From contig CAYXJZ010000005.1 of NCBI GenBank assembly GCA_964465355.1, positions 5,504 to 69,503 of the forward strand: DNA of 64,000 bases, in the 5' to 3' direction. The stretch is from an uncultured bacterium. GTDB taxonomy: Bacteria; Deinococcota; Deinococci; Deinococcales; Trueperaceae. Below are positions 53,587 to 62,296 of the stretch, in pieces. A model generated the notes under the pieces. The model did not search any database and was not told where the DNA came from. It saw nothing but the letters and a program-made list of their open reading frames with translations. A program made the translations under genes and the position numbers. Numbering within the stretch: position 1 is the stretch's first letter; every line of letters begins with the position of its first letter.

Positions 53587-54902
53587 CAGTGCGTCGCCTC
53601 CTTGGCCACGTGCAGCTGGGTCTCGGCTTGGCCTGTCTCGCTCACGGCTGCACCGTTGCCCATCGCCAGTGGCTGCGGATCGACGTCGCCCTCGATGAGC
53701 AGGTCGCCACCCACGCGCTGCACGTCCCAGCGGCGCAGCGGCACGGCCTGGTCGAGGCTGGCCACGCCAAGGCCAGCCAGCGGCGGCGCGCCGCGGCCGC
53801 CCACCAGTTTGGGCGAGAGGAACCAGGCCACCCGGTCGATGAGGCCGGCCTCCAGGAAGCTCCAGGCCAGGGTGCCGCCGCCTTCCAGCAGCATCTCCAC
53901 GACGCCTTCGGCGGCCAGGCGGGCAAGGGCCTCGGCCGCGTCGGGCCGGCCACCACCATGGCCAAGGCGGCCGGGGACGCGCATGACCGAGGCGCCGCGC
54001 GCCTCCAACGCACCGATGCGCGCCTCCGGCGCCTTCTCACCCACCACGATGGTGACCCTCGCCTCGGCGCCATCGGGCCCAAGCTCGAAGAGCTTGGCTT
54101 CCAGCGGTGTGCGTGCCAGCGCGTCGAAGACCACCTTGCGGGCGGTGTGGCCAGGTGCAGCGTCGCCTTCGAGGCGAGTGGTCAGTGCCGGGTCGTCCTG
54201 CAGGACGGTGTTGACGCCCACCGCCACGGCGTCGGCCTGGTTCCGCCAGCCCTGCACGAGGGCGCGCGAGGCCGGACCGGTGATCCAGCGGGAGCGGCCG
54301 GTGCGGGTGGCGATCTTGCCGTCCAGCGTCATGGCTGTCTTGTAGCGGACCCAGGGGCGGCCGGACCTGCGGTGCACCAGGTAGGCGGCGTTGAGCGCGT
54401 CTGCCTCCTTGCGCAGGGCGCCGGCCACCACCTCGACGCCGGCCGACCGCAGCCGATCGGCGCCCTTGCCTGCCACCCGCGGATCGGGGTCGGGGCTGGC
54501 GTAGACCACCCGCAGCACCCCGGCCTCGATGAGCGCAAGGCTGCATGGCGGGGTGTTGCCTTGGTGGTCGCATGGCTCTAGGTTGACGTAGGCGGTGGCG
54601 CCGCGGGCGGCTTCGCCCGCCTGCGCCAAGGCTGCCGCCTCGGCGTGGGCCTCGCCGGCACGCTGATGCCAGCCCTCGCCCACCACCTGGCCGCCTCGCA
54701 CCAGCACGCAGCCCACCATGGGGTTGGGGGAGGTGCGGCCGCGGCCGCGCTCGGCCAGCTCGATGGCGCGGCGCAGGTAGCGGATGTCGGCAGGGCTGAG
54801 GCCGGGTGGGGCAGGCTCCACCTCCGGCGCTTGGCCGATGGGGATGCGGTTCGTGCTCTGCTCCTCCGAGGAGGGGGTGGGTGTGTCGTCGTGGTCGGTC
54901 AT
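53586..54902 (-). CDS. ribD: Bifunctional riboflavin biosynthesis deaminase/reductase RibD, with an N-terminal extension of about 40 aa
   Basis: The deaminase part has HAEAAAL and PCDHQGNTPPC. The reductase domain has KTAMTLDGKIA. TGATG overlap with ribE. Confidence 0.92.
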   Translation of the reverse strand: MTDHDDTPTPSSEEQSTNRIPIGQAPEVEPAPPGLSPADIRYLRRAIELAERGRGRTSPNPMVGCVLVRGGQVVGEGWHQRAGEAHAEAAALAQAGEAARGATAYVNLEPCDHQGNTPPCSLALIEAGVLRVVYASPDPDPRVAGKGADRLRSAGVEVVAGALRKEADALNAAYLVHRRSGRPWVRYKTAMTLDGKIATRTGRSRWITGPASRALVQGWRNQADAVAVGVNTVLQDDPALTTRLEGDAAPGHTARKVVFDALARTPLEAKLFELGPDGAEARVTIVVGEKAPEARIGALEARGASVMRVPGRLGHGGGRPDAAEALARLAAEGVVEMLLEGGGTLAWSFLEAGLIDRVAWFLSPKLVGGRGAPPLAGLGVASLDQAVPLRRWDVQRVGGDLLIEGDVDPQPLAMGNGAAVSETGQAETQLHVAKEATH

Positions 54903-54956
54903 GGTGTGCTCCGGGCGGCAGTGTACGCCGGGAGCAGGGGTTCCCTTGGTCGCGTC

Positions 54957-55355
54957 TCAGGCAGGCAGGATCTGGAGCCCGCCTTGACGGGCCACGACGC
55001 CGAAGTGCCGGAGGTCGAGGGTGAGCACCCGTCCCCCATGCCGTTCGGCGCAAGCGATGACCGCCGCATCGGCGTAACCAAGGGGCAGGTCGTCGTAGCG
55101 CCTGACCAGTTCGCGGATCCTTGCAATGTCTTCTTCCCCACAGTCCAGGCCGAAGGCTCGCGTCTCGATGTCTGCCAAGAGGGCATCGAGCGCCATGGGC
55201 GCACGGTTCTCGATCAGGTAGGCGACTTCGGCCATGATGCCGCTGGGAATCAGGTAGGGGCCACCGTCATCGACGAAGGCTCGCCTGACGCGTTCGTGGT
55301 CGGCATCCCTGCGGTTGAGCAGCGCGAAGAGTCCTGAGGTGTCGAGGGTGATCAT
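54957..55355 (-). CDS. vapC: PIN-domain toxin
   Basis: 132 aa. It begins MITLDTSGLFALL and has AEVAY, DAAVIACAE and VLTLD motifs. Start at ATG 55355. The rest of track ORF 54957..55820 is an artefact. Confidence 0.88.
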   Translation of the reverse strand: MITLDTSGLFALLNRRDADHERVRRAFVDDGGPYLIPSGIMAEVAYLIENRAPMALDALLADIETRAFGLDCGEEDIARIRELVRRYDDLPLGYADAAVIACAERHGGRVLTLDLRHFGVVARQGGLQILPA

Positions 55356-55585
55356 CCTGGACGCCAGTTCTCGCGGAGCCACTGCTCGCTGTCGCGCCCG
55401 TCGAGTCCAGCGTCCTCCACCGTTCCGATGGAACGAGGCAGCGGGGGCCGTTCCGCTTGCAGGTACTGCTCCAAGGCTTGGCGCACGATCTCCGCCTGCG
55501 GGCGACCGCTGCGGACAGCAGCGTCCTTCAGGCGTCGTTGCACCTCCGTGGGCAGGTAGAGCGTGGTCTTGCGCATCGCTTCCAT
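55352..55585 (-). CDS. vapB: Ribbon-helix-helix antitoxin
   Basis: 77 aa with TTLYLPTEVQRRLKDAAVRSGRPQAEIVRQALEQYL. ATGA overlap with vapC. TAGATT lies 6 nt upstream of the ATG. Confidence 0.85.
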   Translation of the reverse strand: MEAMRKTTLYLPTEVQRRLKDAAVRSGRPQAEIVRQALEQYLQAERPPLPRSIGTVEDAGLDGRDSEQWLRENWRPG

Positions 55586-55603
55586 CGCCCCAATCTACCA
55601 TAC

Positions 55604-55615
55604 GCCATATATGGC
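55604..55615. promoter_or_regulatory. Perfect 12-bp palindrome GCCATATATGGC in the vapB / aminopeptidase divergent spacer
   Basis: It lies at 55604-55615, immediately upstream of the vapB -10-like TAGATT (55597..55592). Candidate RHH operator. Confidence 0.4.
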
Positions 55616-55686
55616 AGCCAGTTGCCGGTGACATGCTCCAGCCAAGCCACCGCCTGTTCATGAACCGCCTGGTTACACTCGGCCCC

Positions 55687-56922
55687 ATGCTCACCTTCGA
55701 ACGCAAGCTGCAGAACCTCGCCACCCTCGCCCTCCGTGTGGGCGTCAACCTCCAACCCGGCCAGCGCCTGCGGGCGGCCGGCCCCTTGGAGTCCGCCGAC
55801 CTGCTGCGCGAGATCGCCAAGCAGGCCTACGAGATGGGCTCGCCGTTGGTCGACGTGGAGTACATCGACGACCACCAGCGCCTCATCCGCGCCCTGCACT
55901 CGCCTGCCGAAGCGCTGACGCTGGCCGACGAGGAGAAGCAGGCCATGCTGAAGACCAAGCTCGAGCGCGGCGACGCCCTGCTGCGGGTGTCCGGCTCCGA
56001 TCCCGACCTGCTCTCCGCCGCTGACGCCACGCGCGTCGCCACCATGACCAAGTCGGAGCGCGCGGCCGCGCGCGAGGTCAGCGATCTGGTGCAGCGCTCC
56101 TTCATGCCATGGACGATCGTCGGCTACGCGGTGCCGGCCTGGGCACGCAAGGTCTTCCCCGACCTGGATGAGCAGGAGGCCGTGACCAAGCTGTGGGACG
56201 CCATCTTCGCTGCGACCCGCGCCGACCAGGAGGACCCGGTGGGCGCATGGGAAGCGCACCTGGCCGAGCTGAACAAGGCCAAGGTGCACTTGGACGGCCG
56301 CGGCTACCACACCCTGCATCTGAAGGCCCCAGGCACCGACCTGCGCCTTGGCCTGGCCGACACGAACACCTGGGAGTCCGGCGGCCTGCACGCCGAGCAC
56401 AGCGGCAAGTTCTTCGTGGCCAACATGCCAACCGAAGAGGTGTTCACGGCGCCGCACGCACGCCGGGTCGACGGCACCCTTGCCTCCAGCAAGCCGCTGT
56501 CCTACCAGGGGCAGCTCATCGACCGCTTCCAGCTCACCTTCAAGGATGGCGCCGTGGTCCACGCCAAGGCCGAAGTGGGCGAGGCAGCGCTGCTCAAGCT
56601 GCTCGAGATGGACGACGGCGCCCGCCGGCTCGGCGAGATCGCGCTGGTGCCGCACCAGAGCCCCATCAGCCAGAGCGGCCTGCTGTTCTACAACACCCTC
56701 TTCGACGAGAACGCCGCCTGCCATGTGGCCCTCGGCCGGGCCTACGAGACCACCTTCAAGGACGGCACCAAGCGTCCGCTGGAGGAGCTGCAGAAGGAAG
56801 GCTTCAACCAGAGCCTGACGCATGTTGACTTCATGTTCGGCTCCGACCAGCTCGACGTGGACGGCGAGCGGGAGGACGGCAGCTTGGAGCCGGTGATGCG
56901 GGGAGGGGCCTGGGCCTTCTAG
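55687..56922 (+). CDS. Aminopeptidase, M29 (AmpS/PepS) family
   Basis: It has MLTFERKLQNLATLALRVGVNLQPGQ, NMPTEEVFTAP and FYNTLFDENAACHVALG motifs. TACACT lies 7 nt upstream of ATG 55687. Confidence 0.92.
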   Translation: MLTFERKLQNLATLALRVGVNLQPGQRLRAAGPLESADLLREIAKQAYEMGSPLVDVEYIDDHQRLIRALHSPAEALTLADEEKQAMLKTKLERGDALLRVSGSDPDLLSAADATRVATMTKSERAAAREVSDLVQRSFMPWTIVGYAVPAWARKVFPDLDEQEAVTKLWDAIFAATRADQEDPVGAWEAHLAELNKAKVHLDGRGYHTLHLKAPGTDLRLGLADTNTWESGGLHAEHSGKFFVANMPTEEVFTAPHARRVDGTLASSKPLSYQGQLIDRFQLTFKDGAVVHAKAEVGEAALLKLLEMDDGARRLGEIALVPHQSPISQSGLLFYNTLFDENAACHVALGRAYETTFKDGTKRPLEELQKEGFNQSLTHVDFMFGSDQLDVDGEREDGSLEPVMRGGAWAF

Positions 56923-56952
56923 GTGCCTGGGCGCCGGGTTGGTGGCTTGCGC

Positions 56953-57336
56953 CTAGGCCGCCGCGATGGCCTCGATCTCCAACAGCCAGGCCTCGTCGAA
57001 GATGCCTGTGATGATGCAGGTCAGCGCCGGCATGTGGTCTCCGAGCACCTCCAGGCGTACCTCGCGGTTGGCCAGGGCGTACTCGCGCGAAGACAGGAAG
57101 ATCGTCACCTTCACGAGGTTCTCGCGTGACATGCCCGCGGCGCCGAGTTGCGCCAGCACGTTGGCCCAGGCCAGCCTGGCCTGCGCGCGAAAGTCCTTGG
57201 GGACCTCTCCAGTGAGGGACACGGGGATCTGGCCGCTGATGAACAAGAGGTGCTGCGCGTCCCTCACCTCGATGGCCTGAGCGTAGCCGGTCGTGACGGT
57301 CGGCGCGTTAGGGGAGTTGATGGCTGTCATGGTCAT
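56953..57336 (-). CDS. RidA/YjgF/L-PSP family protein
   Basis: 127 aa with YAQAIEV...LFISGQIP and a C-terminal EIEAIA motif. TAGCAT lies 6 nt upstream of the ATG. Confidence 0.88.
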   Translation of the reverse strand: MTMTAINSPNAPTVTTGYAQAIEVRDAQHLLFISGQIPVSLTGEVPKDFRAQARLAWANVLAQLGAAGMSRENLVKVTIFLSSREYALANREVRLEVLGDHMPALTCIITGIFDEAWLLEIEAIAAA

Positions 57337-57409
57337 GCAGCGATGCTAACGGTCTGGCCGCTTCGGGCCCGATCCCTGTCCCGGACCGAGACACCCTAGT
57401 ACCTGAACC

Positions 57410-58024
57410 TCAACGCTCGCTGACCGCCAGTTGCGCCCCCAGTCCGGCGAAGGCCGCCGCGAAGCCGCGGCGCAGCCAGGTCTGCACCCGTGGCGAGTCG
57501 ATGACGATCCTGCGGAAGGTGTGCGCCAGCAGGCCGTAGACCACGAAGACGGCGAAGGTCATGGCCATGAACACGCCGCTGAGCCCCAGCAGCTGCGCCA
57601 ACGGCGACGCGACGTCCGGCCTGACGAACTGAGGGAGGAAAGCGAGGAAGAAGATGGTCAGCTTGGGGTTGAGGATGTTGAGCAGGAAGGCTTTGACCAC
57701 CAGGCCGATGGCGCTGCCGCGCTTGGGTGCATCCTCGACCACCAACTGAGACCTGTCCCGCCAGGTGGTGTAAGCCAGGTAGAGGAGGTAAGCCACGCCG
57801 GCGTACTTGAGCAGTTGGAAGGCGACCGCGCTGGTGTGCAGGACGGCGGCAAGGCCCAGCACGGTGGCCAGCAGGTGGGGGACGATCCCCGCCGTGCAGC
57901 CGAGCGCGGCGAAGACGCTCCCGCGAGCGCCTTGGGCGATCCCGGTGGAGATGGTGAACACAACGCCGGTCCCGGGAATGAGCACCACGATCAGCGAGGT
58001 CAGCAGGAACTCGGGGCTGAACAT
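57410..58024 (-). CDS. LysE/RhtB family amino-acid exporter
   Basis: 204 aa with the N-terminal motif PGTGVVFTIS, NPKLTIFFLAFLPQF, and six hydrophobic segments. Confidence 0.9.
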   Translation of the reverse strand: MFSPEFLLTSLIVVLIPGTGVVFTISTGIAQGARGSVFAALGCTAGIVPHLLATVLGLAAVLHTSAVAFQLLKYAGVAYLLYLAYTTWRDRSQLVVEDAPKRGSAIGLVVKAFLLNILNPKLTIFFLAFLPQFVRPDVASPLAQLLGLSGVFMAMTFAVFVVYGLLAHTFRRIVIDSPRVQTWLRRGFAAAFAGLGAQLAVSER

Positions 58025-58036
58025 GCGCGTCTCCTC

Positions 58037-59230
58037 TCAGGCCTGCGCGGCCATGGACTGCCGGTACTCCGCCTTCGCCGCCTCCAGCAACGCCGGGTCC
58101 AGGAAGAGGTCGGCGCCGGTGGAGGCCATGGCCTTGGCCGCCGCGATCAGCCTGCGGTAGCCCAGCTCGCTGTTGGCCGCCTCGCGGAAGGCCACCGTGT
58201 GGAAGCCCACCTCGTCCTCCCGGATGGACACGTAGGGCTGGATGGTGGGGCAGACCAGGCTGACGTTGCCAACGTCGGAGGAGCCAAGGCCTTCGTCGGG
58301 GCCGGGATCCACCGTCTGCACGCCAAGGCTGCGCAGATGCCCCTCGACGTTGCGGGCCATGACCATGTTGTTGACGACGTTGGCGTAGAGATTGCTGTGT
58401 CCGATGCTCAGGCTGCAGCCTGTGGCCTGCGCCGCCGCCTGCGCGATGGCCTCCACTTTGCCCAGCAGCACCTGCTGGTCGGCCACCCGGCCGGCACGGA
58501 CGCTGACCTCTGCCCTGGTGTGCTCGGGGATGATGTTGGCCGCATCGCCGCCGTGGGTGATGACGCCGTGCAGTCGGGTGTCGGGGCGGAGCTGCTGGCG
58601 CAGCAGGCCGATGCCGACGAAGAACTGGATCATGGCGTCCAAGGCGTTGACGCCGTCCCATGGCGCGGCGGCGGCGTGTGCCGGGCGGCCGTGGAAGTCG
58701 ACGTTGATGCGCTGCGAGGCCAGGCTGCCGCCGAAGACCTGGCTGGTGCCGGTGTTGGGGTGGAACATGATGGCCGCGTCCACCTCGTCGAAGACGCCCT
58801 GGTCCACTTGGGTGACCTTGCCGCCGCCGCCCTCCTCGGCTGGGGTGCCGATGACCTGGATGCGGCCCGGCAGGTCGGGCCAGGCCTGACGTAGCAGCCA
58901 GCCGGCCAGCATGCCGCCTGTGCCGATGAGGTTGTGGCCGCAGGCGTGGCCGAGTCCGCGTAGGGCGTCGTACTCGCAGAGGAAGGCGATGGTGGGGCCG
59001 TCGCCTTGGCCGGTCCAGGTGGCGCGGAAGGCGGTGTCGAGGCCGGCAAGGCCGCGCTCGACGGTGAAGCCGGCGGCCTCCAGGGGTGCGATCAGGCGGG
59101 CGGCGGCGCGGTGCTCCTCGAAGCCCAGCTCCGGGTCGGCCCAGATCTCCTTGGCGATGTCGACGAAGGTAGGGGCGTGGTCGTCGGCGAGGCGGTGGAG
59201 GGTGGGGTGGAGTTCAGAGGGCGTCGGCAT
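58037..59230 (-). CDS. M20-family amidohydrolase (AbgB/M20D-like)
   Basis: It has ELGFEEHRAA, YDALRGLGHACGHNLIG, GTPAEEGGGGK and FHGRPAHAAAAPWDGVNALDA motifs. Start at ATG 59230. Confidence 0.9.
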   Translation of the reverse strand: MPTPSELHPTLHRLADDHAPTFVDIAKEIWADPELGFEEHRAAARLIAPLEAAGFTVERGLAGLDTAFRATWTGQGDGPTIAFLCEYDALRGLGHACGHNLIGTGGMLAGWLLRQAWPDLPGRIQVIGTPAEEGGGGKVTQVDQGVFDEVDAAIMFHPNTGTSQVFGGSLASQRINVDFHGRPAHAAAAPWDGVNALDAMIQFFVGIGLLRQQLRPDTRLHGVITHGGDAANIIPEHTRAEVSVRAGRVADQQVLLGKVEAIAQAAAQATGCSLSIGHSNLYANVVNNMVMARNVEGHLRSLGVQTVDPGPDEGLGSSDVGNVSLVCPTIQPYVSIREDEVGFHTVAFREAANSELGYRRLIAAAKAMASTGADLFLDPALLEAAKAEYRQSMAAQA

Positions 59231-59428
59231 GCGGCATGAAACCACATGGGTGGGCGTGGGTCGCGGCGCAGGGATAGCACGGGAGCGGCGCGCCGCCAGG
59301 CAGGGACCGGCGATCCCAGGACAGGCCGGTCCTGAATAGCCGGGCCGGATCGGCCGAGCATGGGTGGTTGGCATCAAGCCAATCACGCGGGCCGCAGCCC
59401 GCTGGACTCAGGAGGCTCCCCATGCCGA

Positions 59429-59983
59429 ATGCGCATCCTCGACCGGCTCGCCGACACGCCGGCGCAGGTGATGACCGAGTTCGGCGAGACCCTGGTGCAG
59501 ACGGCGGCCGCCAGGGCACTCTTCGGCGACGAGACCAGACACCGAGGGCTGATGCGCAGCATCGTCTACCGGTGGTTCACCGACCCCGCCTCCCGCCACA
59601 TCTATCCCCTCGAGGACCACCCGACCCACGCCCGCCTCTTCACAGCCGACACCCGTGCCGCCTACGCCAAGCGCGGCCCAGGCTCACGCGCCGGCGTGAT
59701 CGTCGACGCGCTCCTAGAGGAGAGCCCTGAGTTCGCCCGACTCTGGCAGGCGCACGAGGTGAGCACCACGCACGCGAAGGAGAAACGGCTGCAGCATCCG
59801 GAGGTCGGCGTCCTCGAGCTGCAGTGCCAGCTCCTGCACGACTTAGGCCAAGGCCAGTCGCTGCTGGTGCTCACCGCCACCCCTGGCACCGAGAGTTACG
59901 ACAAGCTGCAACGGCTCTCCGTCATCGGTGCCGTCGACGTCATCCGGGATGCGATGCCTCGCAGCCGATGCACCGAGGACTGA
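59429..59983 (+). CDS. MmyB-like C-terminal ligand-binding domain only (XRE-family regulator lacking its HTH; possibly a truncated pseudogene)
   Basis: It has ILDRLADTPAQVMTEFGETLVQTAAARALFG, ESPEFARLWQAHEV and LQHPEVGVLELQCQ, matching the C-terminal module of MmyB-type regulators. No HTH-coding frame was found in the 198 nt upstream. Confidence 0.65.
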   Translation: MRILDRLADTPAQVMTEFGETLVQTAAARALFGDETRHRGLMRSIVYRWFTDPASRHIYPLEDHPTHARLFTADTRAAYAKRGPGSRAGVIVDALLEESPEFARLWQAHEVSTTHAKEKRLQHPEVGVLELQCQLLHDLGQGQSLLVLTATPGTESYDKLQRLSVIGAVDVIRDAMPRSRCTED

Positions 59984-60753
59984 CTACGCAGGTCCCGCCT
60001 GGATGACCTCGATGCGGTTGCCGAAGGGATCGGCAGTGTAGAAGCGCCGCACGCCTGGGCGTGCGTCGTCCCACACCACCTCATGGCCGGCGGCCTGGAG
60101 GCGCTGGGCCAGGGTGTCCAGGTCCGCCACGCCAAGGCGGGATGCGCCTTGCGCTGCGGGCGGAAGTCCGCCTCCACGCCCAGGTGGATCGCCACCGACC
60201 CGGCGCGGAACCAGCAGCCGCCTCGGCTCGCCAGCGGCTCAGGCTTGGCCTCTTCCTCCATGCCGAGCAGGCCGACGAAGAAGGCGCGGGCGGCGTCCTC
60301 CTGGCCGGGCGGCATGGCGAGTTGGACGTGGTCGAGGTGGGTGATCAGGGTGGTTCCCCAAGGCGGCGCGGCCGTCCTGGCGAAGGCCAGCACGTGCCCG
60401 TCCAGGTCCAGGCTGTAGGCGGCATGGTCACCCCAGTCCCGGTGGAGCATCGGGCTCAGCTCGGTCGCCCCGGCCCGCAGGGCGCGGGCGTGGCAGGCGT
60501 CGGCATGGGGATGGGTCAGGTACAGCTCGGCCCGCGGCACACCGTGGGCCGAGGCCGGATCGGGCAGTTGCTCACCAAGGAGCCTGCGGATGCCGGCTTC
60601 GGGCATGAGCCCGAGGACACCCCCGCCGGGCAACTCGAACTCGGTCATGCCTGGGACGTCCAGCCTCGGGGATCGGCCGAGGACGGCGGCGTAGAAGGCC
60701 GAACTCCGCTCCTGGTCGGCGACGTAGAGGATGAAGTGAGAGGAACCGTTCAT
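59984..60753 (-). pseudogene. Two-domain VOC/glyoxalase-family gene with a frameshift in the last ~50 codons
   Basis: The frame of track ORF 59896..60795 reads MNGSSHFILYVADQERS... through ...RPQRKAHPALAW, then turns Arg/Ser/Trp-rich. Shifting one base near 60131-60140 gives LGVADLDTLAQRLQAAGHEVVWDDARPGVRRFYTADPFGNRIEVIQAGPA*, ending at TAG 59986..59984. Confidence 0.75.
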
Positions 60754-60811
60754 GGGCGTGGATCCTTCTACGTGGAGCCGTGCACCCGCGAGCACCCGCG
60801 CCCAGGTGGCC

Positions 60812-61282
60812 TCAGGGCGCCTCGGGGCCGAGGGGCAGCTCGAGGATGACCTCGTCCTCGTCCATCCTGCCCGTGTGCTGGAAGCCGGCGCGCAGGTACA
60901 GGCCCTCGGCGCTGCCCGGCTCAGGGACGTAGGAGACCGACAGGACCGAGAACCGACCCTTGCTGCGCACGTGCTCGATGACCTGTTGCAGGGCGGCGGC
61001 GCCCACGCCTTGGCCCTGGTAGCGGGCGTCCACCATGAAGCGCCAGATGCCGATCTCTGGATGCTCCGGCGGCTCAGGCAGCAGCGAGTCGTCGGAGAGC
61101 ATGACGAAGCCGACGGGGGTGTCGCCTAAGTAGATGGCGCGGTACCAGGCCTCGGGGGCGAACAGCGCCTGGGCGAAGGAGACGGCGTTGCTGGCCACGA
61201 ACTTCTCCTGCTCTGGCTTGACCGAGAGCTTGACGATGTCGATGACCGTGTCGGCGGTGATCTCCCGCAGCGATACCTTCAT
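60812..61282 (-). CDS. GNAT-family N-acetyltransferase
   Basis: 156 aa with RFMVDARYQGQGVGAAAL (acetyl-CoA motif A). AGGAG lies 5 nt upstream. Confidence 0.88.
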   Translation of the reverse strand: MKVSLREITADTVIDIVKLSVKPEQEKFVASNAVSFAQALFAPEAWYRAIYLGDTPVGFVMLSDDSLLPEPPEHPEIGIWRFMVDARYQGQGVGAAALQQVIEHVRSKGRFSVLSVSYVPEPGSAEGLYLRAGFQHTGRMDEDEVILELPLGPEAP

Positions 61283-61342
61283 GGGCGCTCCTTGCTCATG
61301 CCTGGATGTCGTGGAGGCCAGCCTACGCCGAACGCGGCCGGC

Positions 61343-62210
61343 TCACCTGAACACGACGGTACGCTGACCGTCCAGCAGCACGCGATGCTCCGCATGCCAG
61401 CGCACCGCCCGCGCCAGCACGCGCCGTTCCACGTCCTGACCGATCGCCACCAGTTCCTGCACGTCGTCGGCATGCCTGACGCGCTCCACGTCCTGCTCGA
61501 TGATCGGGCCTTCGTCGAGTTCGGCGGTGGCGTAGTGCGCTGTCGCGCCGATCAGCTTCACGCCGCGCTGGTAGGCCTGCGCGTAGGGGCTGGCGCCCTT
61601 GAAGCTGGGCAGGAAGGAGTGGTGGATGTTGATCAGCCTGCCCCGCAGCCGCTGGCAGAGGCCGTCGGAGAGCACCTGCATGTAGCGCGCCAGCACGACC
61701 AGCTCGACCTCCTCCGCGGCGATGAGCTCGAGCAGGCGCGCCTCAGCCCGCGCCTTGCCTGCTTCGGTCACGGGTACGTGGTGGAAGGGGACGTCGGAGA
61801 AGCCGGCGATGGCCGCGAGCTCAGTGTGGTTGCTGACCACCGCGCACATCGATCGGCAGGCGGTTGTTCCGCTGCCTGAAGAGCAGGTCGGCCAGGCAGT
61901 GGCCCTCGCGCGAGACCAGGATCAGGGTCCTGAGCGGCCGTCCGACCTCGTCGATCAGCCAGTCCATGCCGAAGTCGGCGGCGAGCCGGGCGAAGGCCTC
62001 CTGCAGATCCTCTCTTGGCGCGTCGGTCTGGACCTGCACGCGCATGAAGAAGAGGCCCGAAGCTGGGTCGCCGAACTGCTGTGACTCCGTGATGTTGCCG
62101 CCGTGCGCCGCGAGCAGGCCGGAGACGGCGTGGACGATGCCTGGCCGGTCAGGGCAGGAGAGGGCGAGCACGAGGTGCTGCGTGCGGATGGGCTCGTTCG
62201 GGGTGTTCAC
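61343..62210 (-). pseudogene. purU: Formyltetrahydrofolate deformylase interrupted by a frameshift
   Basis: The ACT domain and linker, in track ORF 61821..62210, read LALSCPDRPGIVHAV ... LVSREGHCLADLLFRQRNNRLPIDV. The formyltransferase domain, in ORF 61343..61849, reads AVVSNHTEL ... LARYMQVL ... INIHHSFLPSFKGA. The frames switch at GATGTGCGCGGTGGTC, about 61841-61850. Confidence 0.85.
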
Positions 62211-62296
62211 GCTCCGGCCAAGTCATGCCTGAGAGGCTCCATCAGGCGACGGGGATGCTGGCTCGTCATGCGCCACGCATCCTAGCGCCTTCGCGT

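Noticed and set aside
54780-54960. Possible FMN (RFN) riboswitch in front of ribD
   Set aside because: Only 54 nt of spacer are available. Neither the spacer nor the start of ribD shows the conserved RFN core stretches that I can recall. This is recorded as a finding to verify with cmsearch rather than called as a feature.
57431-58894. 487-aa + strand ORF (and the 421-aa minus ORF 57396..58661)
   Set aside because: They overlap the LysE and M20 genes in antisense or alternative frames. Their sequence is low complexity, rich in Arg, Gly, Asp, His and Pro.
59368-59730. 120-aa ORF containing an internal ATG (59422) placed 6 nt after the strong AGGAGG
   Set aside because: The translation is Arg/Pro/His-rich junk (MPNAHPRPARRHAGAGDDRV...). 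The overlapping frame encodes a clear MmyB-like domain. The SD/ATG pair may be a relic of the lost 5' part of that gene.
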